A stretch of DNA of 54,938 bases, the filler included, from Porpidia crustulata (lineage: Eukaryota), in assembly GCA_964255105.1 (NCBI GenBank). It is 3 parts of 3 records of this genome, joined end to end, with 100 filler letters (N's around TTAATTAATTAA, not from the genome) between each part and the next. Parts side by side here need not be neighbours in the genome. Positions count along the whole stretch, not along the records: positions 18,377 to 36,608 come from CAXUWE010000186.1; positions 36,709 to 54,938 come from CAXUWE010000187.1; 1 more part is not named here. One strand, given 5' to 3'. The first letter of the stretch is position 1. Each line of letters begins with the position of its first letter. The notes under the pieces are model-generated. The model did not search any database. It saw only the letters and a program-made list of their open reading frames with translations, and was not told the DNA's origin. The position numbers and the translations under genes are program-made. Positions 30,718-42,612 of the stretch are shown one piece after another.

Positions 30718-31129
30718 TTCCTTGATCAGTTGCAGATTTACGGGGATGCGCGGCTTGGTTGTGCTCGTACTAATCTTCAATTCTTGCACAATGAGATGTT
30801 TGTATTGAGCGTGGCGCAGTCGAAGGTGGATGTGCTTCCCGCAAAGCCCCTGCAGAATATCTCCTACAACAATAAACATCATTTATTTGAAATGATTGTT
30901 GGCAAAAGAAAGCCTCGCACGCATGACCATGTAAAGCTTTAACATCCTATACACAATCAAGATGGGCCGAAGCGGCCATCACTGAAATTTCAGCGTCATG
31001 GGCTGGCTAAGAAATACAATATGTGCATGAACTCCGCTGTCCAGGCAGCCACTTGTGTGAATTGCTACAAGGATCTCAGTGCCATTTCATATCATTTCCA
31101 TTGGACACGGCGTCTTTCATACAGTCTTT

Positions 31130-33050
31130 ATGGCGCCAGCTGTCGAAGCAAGTTCGCTTTCGAAGGTATTGGACCTTGCAGATAGTCCACCCTTGCATCT
31201 GCGAGACGATGTGGCGCTTGAAGTACAACAGCCATTAGTGCTGTATATCGCACGAGTTCCGGGTAGCAAAGGTAGGTCGCCCTTAGATCTCCATTCCATG
31301 ATCAGGACGAGACGCTTACACAGAGTAAGATATTTTCCTCACAACCATGAAGCCACTGCGAAAAGTTGTGACAGCTCAAGATATTGAGAGCTCGCTTTAT
31401 TACGTGCACGTAGATGGACTAGAGGATGATAAACTCCGCGAAGTTGTACTGCGGGAGCGAGTCCTCGAGCTTAGCAACGGGGAGTTGGATAGTAATACGT
31501 CTCCGAGCAACATTGGCATTCCGAGAAAGCCTCTGCCTGCAAGTCCTGGGCTGGATTTAGGTGACCGACCAGCACCTCCTCCAAAGATTTATCCCCATTA
31601 CCAGCCTCCCCCGAATAGTCTCAGAAGTAGCACGCGACATGGGCGCGAGGTTGCTGCACATGATTCAAGCTTAGGGCGTGCAAAGATAGAACCTGAGTTA
31701 CTACACCCAACACAAGCTTTACTGGGTCCTCGCCCCACGCACCAGCGCCTCCGGTCTGTGGATAGTGCCGCCCTTGAACCAGTTCCAGATAGGCAGAACA
31801 TGAATCTAAGGAGGTGGTCGGAACAGCCGTCAATGAATGGCCCAGCACTGCCGCCTAGGCCAAACGTCAAAAGAAAAGAGGTTTCCATCAATCAATCGTC
31901 AGGGAGCTCCAGGGAGCATATTCCAGCACTCCCACTTCGGTCACATATTAGCAGAAAAGAGTTCCTTGAGCGTCAGTCGTCGAGGTATTCTGAAGTCGCT
32001 ATGGGCATTGCTCCATCAATTACTAGTAGCGGACACCGCATTCAAGACGAGGCCACTTCTCTCACGCTCATCCGACGATATAATGGACTGCAATGGAACG
32101 TGGGTAAAATTTCTACGGTCGCTGAACGTATGACGCAAGTTCCGAACCATATCAATGGTGTACAAAGCAGCTACCAGAACGAGCAACTGAATGGAGCAGT
32201 ATCAATAGAGATCACAACACCGGGCTACTCGTGCTTTGCGAATCCCAGTTCCCAAAATGGTCTTTCTAAAGTATCGGACCTACCTCATCGTTCTCAAAAT
32301 CAGAGTATGTCTGCTACAGAAGACAGTGGACGAGCACAATCTGTGTTTCGACGCCAGCTTCAGGCATCGAGACATGAGCCCAGACCCGAAATGAACCATG
32401 CACCTGCCTCAGAAAATATCCTCATGAATGAGCAAGGTTCCAGACCAAGCTTCAATTTCCGCAGTCTTAGTCACCAAAGCGAACATGCCACCCTGACTCA
32501 ATACTCCACCTCACCGAGATCGAAGCCTTCCAAACCCTCAAAAACGAAGCACTACTGGTTCCATAGCCCCTGGAATGGCACATGTGATTTTGACGTTGGT
32601 ATCCTCGGCCGCTCGATCAAGTGCAAACACACCTTCGCTCCTTCCCCCACCGATCTAAGAGCAGATGCACGGCCTTGCCAAGTTAGCGAGCTCCGTTTCA
32701 ACCTCCCCAGCTCAGCGGCTTTTGGTCCTTCCCCCAAGACGCCATCTCCAAATAGCACAACGTCGCGAGAGACGAAAAGATCATCCTTCTTCTCCACAAC
32801 TACGCAGCATCAGCGGCAGAAGTCTTCCTCTGACATATCCGATTCTCAGTCCCACAATGAGGGGCATTGGAGGGAAGAAGGCGAGCGGATGGATCTTTCA
32901 CTCGGGCAAGAGCTCGCGGGCGGTGGGTTCGCGGGGAAGCAGGCAAAGCTGGGAAAATTGATTGTTGAGAACGAAGGGTTGAAAATGTTGGATTTGGTCG
33001 TTGCGGCGAACGTTGGGCTTTGGTGGAAGATTTATGGGAGGGTTCTATAA
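31130..33050 (+). CDS. Conserved fungal hypothetical protein, Pro/Ser-rich; 2 exons
   Basis: Exon 1 (PLVLYIARVPGSK) splices across 31272-31329 in frame to DIFLTTMKPLRKVVTAQDIESSLYYVH. Conserved-looking blocks SPWNGTCDF, VSELRFNLP and LSLGQELAGGGFAGKQAKLGKLI...MLDLVVAAN. Confidence 0.8.
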
Positions 33051-34330
33051 TGGATTTCACTCCTAAAGTTGGTTGGACAAATTCAACCATTTTGGTGATG
33101 GATATCTTGGCCTTACCTTTGTAGAAGCACGTATGGATTTGATACTATGGTATGGAATCAACCTCGTTCAGGGTAAGGCATTATAAATTTAAAGATTCAG
33201 TCCAAGTTCAAGGCTGGGAGGTGGGATGGGGGACTCTCGCGGATATAAGTGATGCCGCACCGCCACACTATCGCTCGCAACTTCGAGGGACTACCGCAAG
33301 ACACACACAGTCACACAGTCACTCAGTCTGGAGGTCCGAAAATAAAAAGTACAGGCTGCCTCGATGAGAGGAACATCATCACTACCTCTTCCACGGCAAG
33401 ATACGCATGCTATTCCACTCCCATCGGACGACACCTGGCAGCGGATGACAGATCTAGTTAAATCCGTCTAAATCGGTCCAAACTTGTGGCTGAGCTATGT
33501 GGCTACACTAGCCGACGAGGCGCTAGGGTTCTCCAGCCACAGGGTAGAAAGCCTCGTCAACCGCAATCAATTCCTTTGTTTCTCCAGTCCTGACTTCGTG
33601 CACAGTCATCGTCACTTCTGTCGTCGCATCACCCGCCATGAGACAGACAGAGTTGGCCATCGTCCATCTCGGCCACGCAGGTCTTGATACCAATATAGTA
33701 TTGACCACCTACGGCCTACGGGCAACGCGCAGTCTCCAGCTACGCCATCGAAATCGAAACCCCCGTCGCGGCTCTGGGGAAGGATCTGCAAGCGATGTGG
33801 CCTGCGGGATTACGACCTTGTCCCCTCATGCCGACAGGAGGCCCAACGGCCATCTGATTGGGCAAGACGCTGCAAGCTCGTGAAGTCCTGATCAGGGAGG
33901 GAGTCGACTACCGGCCATCGGTCTTTCAGTATTATTACCAGATTATCGCTGTAACCCCAAAGACGCAACCAGTCTCACTACGGATCTCATAGGAAACAAG
34001 GGAAAGTCCTTCTATTGGGGCCTTTCCCTTCTGGTGCTGGGGTCAAAATCCCTTCACCCCCCCCCCTTCTCTCCCCTGGACTTTGAGGTCTGTCTTTTCC
34101 GTAGGGTGTCGGCAAGTCGCCCAATCCTCCGTGGCAGTCTAGTAGTCATAGGGTAGTCGGTAGTAGTCAATAATAGGTCCCCAGATGATGTGTTGCCCGT
34201 CTTGCCCTGATGATTCTGCTGCTTCGTGTATGCCTGAGTGGTCAAACCTAGTGCTTTCTTCCTTCCGGCCCAAGAAATTGGCAACAACCCATATTACCTC
34301 CCCCCCCGTATTCCCCCCATTTCTTCACTG

Positions 34331-34360
34331 CCTTTTCCTTTTCCTTTTCCTTTTCCTTTT
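34331..34360. repeat. (CCTTTT)5 microsatellite in the pyrimidine-rich promoter region
   Basis: Five exact copies read directly, upstream of HPC2. Confidence 0.85.
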
Positions 34361-34729
34361 CTTCTCTTTATTTCCTCAACAATTCACCGTTGAATTCCTC
34401 GTCATCAATACCTACACCTGCTGTTTTACCCTTTTTCCGGCGATTCCTAACGACCTCTAATCAAGGGGCTACTCTGGCCATAGTAATCCCGCTGCCTATT
34501 ATTGCTACTTTCTCAAGAACCCATTTTAGAGGCCTACGCAGGCTGTGGGTTTCTTGTTGAAGCTATCGCGACATCCACCAGGCCTACCTATTCCACCACT
34601 CCGTCTCGGCCCAGCTGCTGCACCATTATATTGACTATAACGAAATGCGTCTCTAAGAATCAGTGTTTGCTTGAACTTGTGTACACATTCCAGAGTGGGT
34701 TTTGCATTGTGGCAGGAGTTGTAGAGATC

Positions 34730-36608
34730 ATGTCACCGGCCGCTGAAATTGCACGACTGCGCGACGTCCACAGCTCTTCGCCAGGCTTGTCATCTCCTCC
34801 CTCTCCTCGTTCACCAACCAACGCAACTTCGTTTTCTGCATCAGACATTCAACCGCATGCGATTCTACCTTCGCAGAGTGGAAATGTTGATGCTATCGGT
34901 GGTGGAGGGGAAACCACGAAAGCAAACCCCGCGGGAGCCACAGACACATCGCTTCCTAGGAAAATATCCAGACCTCGCAAGAAAAGAGAAATTGACGGCG
35001 CAAAAGCATCCACTGCCACTGCGACGGAAGGAAAAGACACCGTGAAAGTAAGGAAACCTCGTGCTGCTCCAGGAACGGGAATCAAGAGGAAATCCAAGGC
35101 ATCTCTGGAGTCAAACGACGCTAAGGTAGTCTCTGCACCAATTGCACGACGCCAACCCAAGATTACCGAATCATTGCCAACAACGGCACCCCCACCACCA
35201 GATTATCATGTTCTCGCCTTCCCATCGCACCAAAATGGAAAACTTGAAGCTATTCCCACCCCGCCCGATTCCCACCATACCACAGTACAAATCACGTCAC
35301 GGTCCACCAGCGGTCAAAATTATGATCCTATTCGATCATCCACAATAGAACCGCGCTCAATGGCTACTACTCCCATTGGGTATAAAGCAAGGGCATCTAC
35401 ACCTCCTCGGCCAGCCAACCAACCCAATGCCTCGCCCGGCTCAATTGCCAGTATCATCGAGCCACCGCAACAATATACATTCCTCCAATCGTCAAAGCGG
35501 GATGATGAAACTGTCGGATCATCTCGACCTGTGGCCAAAAAACCTCGTCTTTCACCACAACCTATGCCAGCTCAGACATCATTTCCATCAATCTCGAGAG
35601 AATCCTTACCAGTCACTTTACAAGCGCCAAAAGACCATGCAGCGACACCCATGGATATTGATAACGACCACGACGTGCAAGCATATGAAAAGGCGGCAAC
35701 CCTGGTCAAAAAAACTTCCAGGTCCACCCCGGATGCTTCATCGTCGACACATTCCCCCAAACCCGCTCGGAAGAAGGATAACTCGGTCACTCTTCCCTCG
35801 GGTAATGGTCTCCTTTCTGGTTCCATCTTTGGCAGCGGCTTTGATAGTGTGGGACCTGGTAAGACAGCACCAACAGTGGTCCTGCACGTCCCATTAGATA
35901 CGGAGAACAAATACATCAACTTTGCCCGCCTGGCGGAGGAGCGCTACGGCTTCAACGCATTGCACCCACGTCTCGCCGCACAGCAAGAGCGACTCGCCCG
36001 TGTAGCTGCTGCTGGTGCCGCGCTTGAAAACGCGAACAAATCGGGCTCTGGCATGTCTGCCGATGAAATGTCTCTAGATTTATCCGAAGTGGAAGAAAAC
36101 GGCGAGGTCAGTAACGTCGAGATGGGTGGGATGGGCTTGGACGGCGAGGGTAGAGGTATCCCAAGGTCAGGAGGCGAAGGCAGCGAGGGTCCCGTGAAGA
36201 AGGCGCCGAAGAAGAGAATGATGAAAGAGGACATGTACGACAAGGATGACCCGTTTGTGGACGACACCGAGCTGGCGTGGGAGGAGCAAGCGGCGGCGAG
36301 CAAGGATGGGTTTTTCGTGTACAGCGGGCCTGTGGTACCGCCCGGCGAGGACGCTAATATTGAGAGGTAACATCCCCTTGCTTGTGTACCACTCCCGCCC
36401 ACTAACCTCTACTCACAGAGCCGACGGACGAGGAGCCAAGCGCGGCCGCGGTCGAGGTCGAGGCGGAGGCGTCGCGAGAGGCGCGGGTAGAGCGGTGGCC
36501 GCCAGAGAGGGGAATGCGACGGGCACGACGAAAGCGGGTACGGTGCGGAAGCCACGGGTCACGAAGGCGGCGAAGCAGCTGATGGAGCAGGAGAAGGTGC
36601 AGCGGGAG
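34730..36608 (+). CDS. HPC2: HIR histone-chaperone complex subunit Hpc2 (HUN domain); C-terminus lost in the gap, start codon uncertain
   Basis: INFARLAEERYGFNALHPR and HUN motif YDKDDPFVDDTELAWEEQAAASKDGFFVYSGP. After an intron comes an RG-rich exon that ends at the N block. Confidence 0.88.
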
Positions 36609-36708
36609 NNNNNNNNNNNNNNNNNNNNNNNNNNNNNNNNNNNNNNNNNNNNTTAATTAATTAANNNNNNNNNNNNNNNNNNNNNNNNNNNNNNNNNNNN
36701 NNNNNNNN
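36609..36708. other. Assembly gap with artificial TTAATTAATTAA spacer
   Basis: Same 44N-12mer-44N construct as at 18277-18376. Confidence 0.95.
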
Positions 36709-37633
36709 GTTTGGAGGCTGGTGACGGAGGGGAACGGGGAATTCGTGGCGGAGGTAATAGGGGAGGAAGGGCGGGATGGCAGGACCTATGACGGAGGAAG
36801 AATCACCATAACAATGCTTGACCTACCTCAGGAAAACTCCCGCACTTTTACATTTTCATGTTCAACTCCATTTGTATTAACTATCACACACACACACACT
36901 CACCCAAGCCCATTAAATTTTTGCACTTCCATGACACTCCTTTCCCTGACCCTGACCGTCGCCATCGATGCTCCTGCGCTCACTCGCGGAGAACGAACAA
37001 AGGAAAAAGACAAAAGAGATAAAGAGATAAAGGACGAGTGCACTAGTCGTGGACTCATCTTTGTCGCAGCGGTGGATTAGTGGTGCGGGCCTTTTTATCC
37101 TCTCCTTCTTTGGTGATTGAGATGGTTTTCTCTTTTTTTCAAAGGGTGGACGGAGGAAACGAGCGAATTATGGTGGGGTTGGCAGGATCCCGCGGGCAAA
37201 CGACGGCATCTTTTGGTTCGTCTTTGAAGCTTTGGATCTGAGCCGAGATATGCGTATAAGTAATGAGGACACTGTACCAGAATCTAGGTGGAGGCCGATG
37301 ACGGGAGGTATGGATAAGGTAGAAGAGTGATAAAGTCAAGGGGGATAAGCGAGGGTCTAGAAGCAATTGAGATAGCTAGGATGTCGACAAGAGAGAAGTC
37401 GTTCCAACGAGAGTGCTGGCGCCTATGCATTACTAACGCCGGTATCCGAGTGTGGAATTTTATTGCAGCCGCATATATACTGAGGTGAGACAAAAGTCAT
37501 GTCTAGGGCCGGAGGAAGTAGAAGATCTAGGAACAAGTTCGAGAGGATTCAGCCATTGTTCGTCCTGGAATAAGTTAGCAAGATACTCCAATCTACCAGG
37601 GCAAAAGCCGCGCCATACGTACCAACCCAACGG

Positions 37634-39226
37634 TCACCTACTGCAACAAAGCGCCTTCATAAGTTTCTGCATTGCCGAAGGCTGTTGCTCTTGGTTCTGC
37701 TGCCGCGAAGTCTGCTGCGCCGCGGCTTGCTGGGTCATGTTCGGGTTGATCTGGCTCATCCGTTGGGGTAGGTTGGCCGTAGAGCTCTGAAACTGCGCCT
37801 GAGTCGACACAGTCGGTGTCACGATATCTGTGAGGCCCCCCGCCGCTCCGCTTTGACGCTTTGGTGGTACTGCGCCAGAGACGCCTGGCCGTTCGCGCGT
37901 TTTGCCCACTCCCGGTTTCGCGGGAGATGGGGGCAGGGGCTGCGCGGCGTTTAAACGGTCGGAAGTGAGTCCCGGTGTCTGAGGCCCTCGAGGTGTGTTG
38001 GATCCACCAATGAGTGCCTTTGCCGATGCGTTGGGTGCTGCGTTTGCCGCATGAAGATGGCCGTGCGAAGCGTGCTGTTTCATGGCTTCCCAGCCCTTTC
38101 CGTTATTGAGCTTCATCCAATCGTACTCTCCGTCTTCGACTTCTCCTGTATTTTTCAGAGCTTGAGTGAACAAATCTCGGAGGTAGTCGTAGTCTGGTGT
38201 ATCCTCGAAACCCAGATTCCGTACATAGCTTAGGTACTTGTTGAACTCCTCTGCCACTGGTGTTCAGTTTAATATAGCTCTTTCATCAATGTATTCATCA
38301 ATGTACAAGTAGTACTTACCCGGAAACCCATCGCACAGATCCTTGATCGCAGTGGTCTGCTTCTTCTCCCCAATCTTTTCGTACTTTTGTTTGTTGGTTG
38401 CCGCTTTGAGACCTTGCCACGGCAGACCACCTCGTAGAAAGTACATGAAAACATGTCCGAGCGCCTCTAAATCATCCCGCCGTGATTGTTCTCGGCCCAA
38501 GTGGGTGTTGATACTCATGTATCGCGCGGTGCCGGACAACGACTTTCGTTCCCGGTACGGTATGTGTTGTTTTGTTTTGGGATCTCTGTACTGCTTGGCC
38601 ATACCAAAGTCTACAACGTGTATGACATTGGCTGATTTCGAACCTGGCCTCCCTATCAAGAAATTATCTGGTTTTATGTCTCGGTATATTAAATTCTTCT
38701 CATGTATCGTTTGCACTCGCGATAGCTGTGTCAATTTAAGTCCCGCTGTTCCATATCGAGGAAATGCGTATAATGCATACCATCTGCTTAGCAACCATGA
38801 CCACTGTTTTGGCAGAAAATCTTCGGTTGCAATGATCAAATAAATCTTCGAGTGAGGGTCCAAGGAGGTCAATGACGAGAATGTTATGAAGACCTTCTTG
38901 GCCGAAATAGTAGACATTAGGTATACCGGCTGGCTCTGGTTAGCGACACTATTCCTCGCATGGTGGTGTATACGCACGGCATCCGACCAGAATTTTGTAT
39001 GTCCGGTACTCATCTCTCAGTTGTGGTGCATCACTTTTCCTTGGTTCCTAACATCAATTAGCGCCAGTCTGGTCGAGACTTGGATCTTCGACCATACAAA
39101 TTTGATCGCGACTTGTTGGTTGTTGAGCAAGTTCGTGCCTTCAAAGATCACACCGAACGACCCCTCACCAATCTTTTTTCCCACTCGGTAATGCACACCT
39201 ACGACATTCGAAGACGAAGCCGCCAT
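37634..39226 (-). CDS. YCK2: Casein kinase I, membrane-anchored Yck1/Yck2/Cki1 type; multi-exon, with 5'-UTR intron 39355-39442
   Basis: [50 protein letters not shown] and EQSRRDDLE. The Q-rich tail ends KALCCSR, a di-Cys palmitoylation-type signal. Confidence 0.95.
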
Positions 39227-40489
39227 CGAAATGTTTGTTGAATAGTACCAGGACTTTATGAGACTCAAAGGCTTGATTGTGTTTTAGGGTGTATACGGGG
39301 CTGTGACGAAGCACGGTAGCTGGTGGCAGTGAAGCTTTGGCTCCACCGCAAAGACTACAAAGTAGATTTCAATATCAGTCATACCAGCCACGATCAATCA
39401 CTGTGACACAACAGCTTGGTCGTGAATGTTGTAGAGACTCACCAGAAACGAGCTCACTTTGCCGGTCGCTCTTCCGTACCCACAGCACCACCCACTCCAG
39501 GTATGAGGATGACGAATCACCCAAGAGATGGCGATTCCTATGATGTTCGACACCTTTCACGACTTCTCCCACACGTCTATATCATTTGGATGGTGTGAAA
39601 GGCCGCGCGACGCGGTACGGGGGGCGATGGTCTGGGTTGATGAAAGATGTGGTGTTCGAGGAAAGGAGGGATGATTCGCTTCGAGCTGCCGTGACCGCTC
39701 TCGACAGGCTAGCGGAACTAGCGGGACGAATGCCCGGACCGATAACCCCAGAACCCTGTAAGTAAGTGTTGACCGTTGAAAAGCCTGGACGTTTCCAATA
39801 AAATAGAGAATCATCAAGCTACACACACTGCATTCGGGATTAATTATACAAGACGGTAATGGTGAAAGAAGCAAACAATGAATGCGACTATTACTCTGAA
39901 TTCAACAATGATCAAAACCTAAATGGGTACTTCATTCCTGCGGTCAATAAGCAACCGCAGCAGACATCAATATTATTAGGGCTTGCGAAGGGCGTGAGGG
40001 CTTGCAGGGTTAGGGCAGGATTCGTCTAAATTGGTCCAGCATGGATGATGTGCGGTATTTCTCATGCTTGACACTGGTCGCCGCTGACACTTTGCAAGAA
40101 AGCCAATGAAGGCTTTTCTACGACATTTATCGTCTTTGGGATGGTTGCTGTACATTACTCGTCGCTACTCCTCACAAACTACTAGGTAGTTTGAGTATGG
40201 TCGACAATCCATCTCATCACGAGATCCGAAAGTAGAGCAGTCCCTTAGTCTTAGCTAGTACAGAGATTTACCCGCTCCTCAACTCTCTCGTGCAGGCGGC
40301 ATGCGCACGAGAGAGCGGCACGGCCAGGGACTTGTCTCCATGCTAAAATGCTAAAAGGATGTTTTCGAGCGCGAGCGCACCTTTCCCTGCCTGAGGGAGC
40401 TCGTAATCGAAAGCGGTCCTTTTGGGTAGTAATGTTTTCCGGACCCGATTTCGACGTGTCTTTGGAACTTCGACGTCAGATCTGTATTT

Positions 40490-40997
40490 TTACTTTTCAC
40501 GGATGGCAGGTTTGCCTTTCGGTTTCAAGCGGCCATTGTACCTCCATTTCTTTGGCCATACCCTGTCCGTTCAGTGGAAGCTTGCGCCTTCCTAGGAAAT
40601 GTTCATACAAAGACTTACCACCAAAGGAAGATAGCCCAAGCTGTTGCGACGCCGAAGGCAATCCCAATCTTTCCACCGGCTGTCAAACCTGGATAGATAG
40701 CTTAATATGAAGGTCGTTTGGCTTTTCCAACGCCAAGAGCCTACCAGTTGAGAATGAAGAGCCCGGATTCGGGTTCGAGGTGCCCGACGGAGGGTTCGAG
40801 GTGCTGGCTGCAGGAGTTGAGATGTTGCTTGGAAGGACGCTGCTTCTGCTCGGTTCTGTGAGATTTGTGGACCCTGCAGATATCGACAACACCGAGGTTA
40901 ATGTGTCGTTGCCGATAGTGCTAGTGATAAAGCCTGGCGTAGCAGATGTTTGCGAGATAGCACTCATTAGAAGAACCTCGCTGATCGTAGTGCTCAT
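40490..40997 (-). CDS. Small (about 131 aa) Ser/Thr-rich single-pass membrane protein; exons 40745-40997, 40619-40688, 40490-40562
   Basis: Two 56-nt GT-AG introns join an S/T-rich N-region (sequons NDT, NLT, NIS) in frame to GLTAGGKIGIAFGVATAWAIFLWWVW and a basic tail PKKWRYNGRLKPKGKPAIREK*. Confidence 0.65.
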
Positions 40998-41349
40998 CTA
41001 AAAGAAGCGTGAGCCTTTGAGCATCCACAAAGGATTAGGAATTAGCCGCTCCTGGTGTTTGCAGAAACGAAAACGTACCGTGAAATGGCGAGACCGGATG
41101 TTTGATATCACATTCGTTCAGACGCGCTTTGAATGATAGTAAGAGAAAAGAGGAGAAGAGGGTCTATACTAAGCTTTGGGGGAACTGTATCAACGAGGCT
41201 GACGATTTCCCAATTCGAGGCACGGCATGCATTTACGAGACGTTGCCTGAATCCTTCGAGGATAACGCCACTATTTTTCGATCATCACCAGAACCTCGAA
41301 GACTAGCAGGCAGAACTATTCTCTGTCATCTTTGAGATTTTACAGCACA

Positions 41350-42612
41350 ATGGCGAACAATACTCGTCTCAATTGCTCCGACCTCACCTCTAGAACCAAT
41401 TTCCCCGATTATATCACCGCAATCAGAAATGCGACCGGCAATAATTTTGCTCTGGTCGACCAGTGCAAGGCTGAGGTATGCAATGCCCTTTGGGGCTCGG
41501 GCAACCCCGATATTTCTGGTATTGGGGTAAGTTAACTTGCTCCCCTACCGGTGAAAGCCTTCTGACAAGACTGAAAGATGATTGTTGGCTATATACTAGA
41601 GAACATGATCGGATTCATACTGACGCTCACATTGTTTCTTCTCCGTCGCAAATCCAGAGATAAAGAGGCGGTCAATAAGTCCCTTAATCGGCGCATGTCC
41701 GTAGCCACGCGAGGATGTAGTGTTTTCTACGATTGCGCGGTCTTTTTCACATTCTCCATCCAACTCGCATGCATCGTCGTACTCGCTCGTCTGGACTTCG
41801 GAATTAGTGCTACCGGAATGGGCGATAGCACCGCCAAGATAACGTGGGCTGTATCACTATTGACCATCCTTCCTCTAATGTACATTGCATTCAACCCCAA
41901 ACTTCTTCGCGAACCATCGACCGTCAACGCCGCTGCCGCGAAAAGCCAAGGAAAGAAAGATCGTAAGGAACAGCTTAGGTTTCTCTTATTCGCTCTCTGT
42001 TGGCTACTGTTCATGTATCCTTTGCTTAGCAGGATGATGCAAACGTTTGGAAAAAGTGCCATTGGCGGAGACAGTCCGGTGATTTCAACCGGCGATTGGA
42101 GCAGCATTGAGACGAGCTGCCTCGTTAATGTCCACGACATCACGACCAAGGAGACTATCGCCATGAACATCTTCGGCGTCTCGGGGTCATTGTTCGTTTC
42201 CGTCTTGGCGCTCGCGAAGATCATTTGGCTCGCCGCACAGCGACAACATCGTCATTCACGGCTGGTCCAACATATCCGCGAGCGACGGCCGAAGACAAAT
42301 TCACGGCATCCTTTGCTCTCCATCGTCCTCTTCGTCGTGATTCCCATCCTCGTAGTAAGCCAATGCTGGACGGTGTCCCGACTTCGGGCCTTTCAGGCAC
42401 AAGTCTCGAGTGCTTCGGGAAACTCGGACTCGGACGGCCAGTGGACTTTTGGCCAGATTGCTGCCATGACCGTATTTGCGCCCGTTCTGGTGCAGCGCCC
42501 GTTCTGGTGCAATGCTCGTTTGCCTGGCTGTATGGCTGATGGTGCAGCAGCTTGGGGGAAACCCGGCGGGGTGTTGATCAATATAAAGTGGCTCCGTCTT
42601 CCGCATGAGTGA
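41350..42612 (+). CDS. Orphan 7-TM membrane protein (NPDISGIG...WTFGQ type); C-terminus frameshifted by a 17-bp duplication
   Basis: Exon 1 (Cys and N-glycosylation sequons, ends GNPDISGIG) splices across 41527-41577 to seven hydrophobic segments, the last being QWTFGQIAAMTVFAPVLV. Confidence 0.8.
42478..42511 (+). repeat. Perfect 17-bp tandem duplication (GCGCCCGTTCTGGTGCA)x2 inside a CDS
   Basis: Units read directly at 42478-42494 and 42495-42511. Confidence 0.95.

Noticed and set aside
34000..34475. GGGAAAGTCC...GGGGCT resembling RNase MRP/P P4 strands
   Set aside because: The 5' motif is tied up in a local hairpin, the halves are about 465 nt apart across a CT-rich promoter tract, and other conserved regions are not recognisable.
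33050..34730. Long intergenic region as a candidate telomerase RNA gene
   Set aside because: No TAACCCTAA-type template on either strand, only partial AACCCTA and TAACCCCAA matches.
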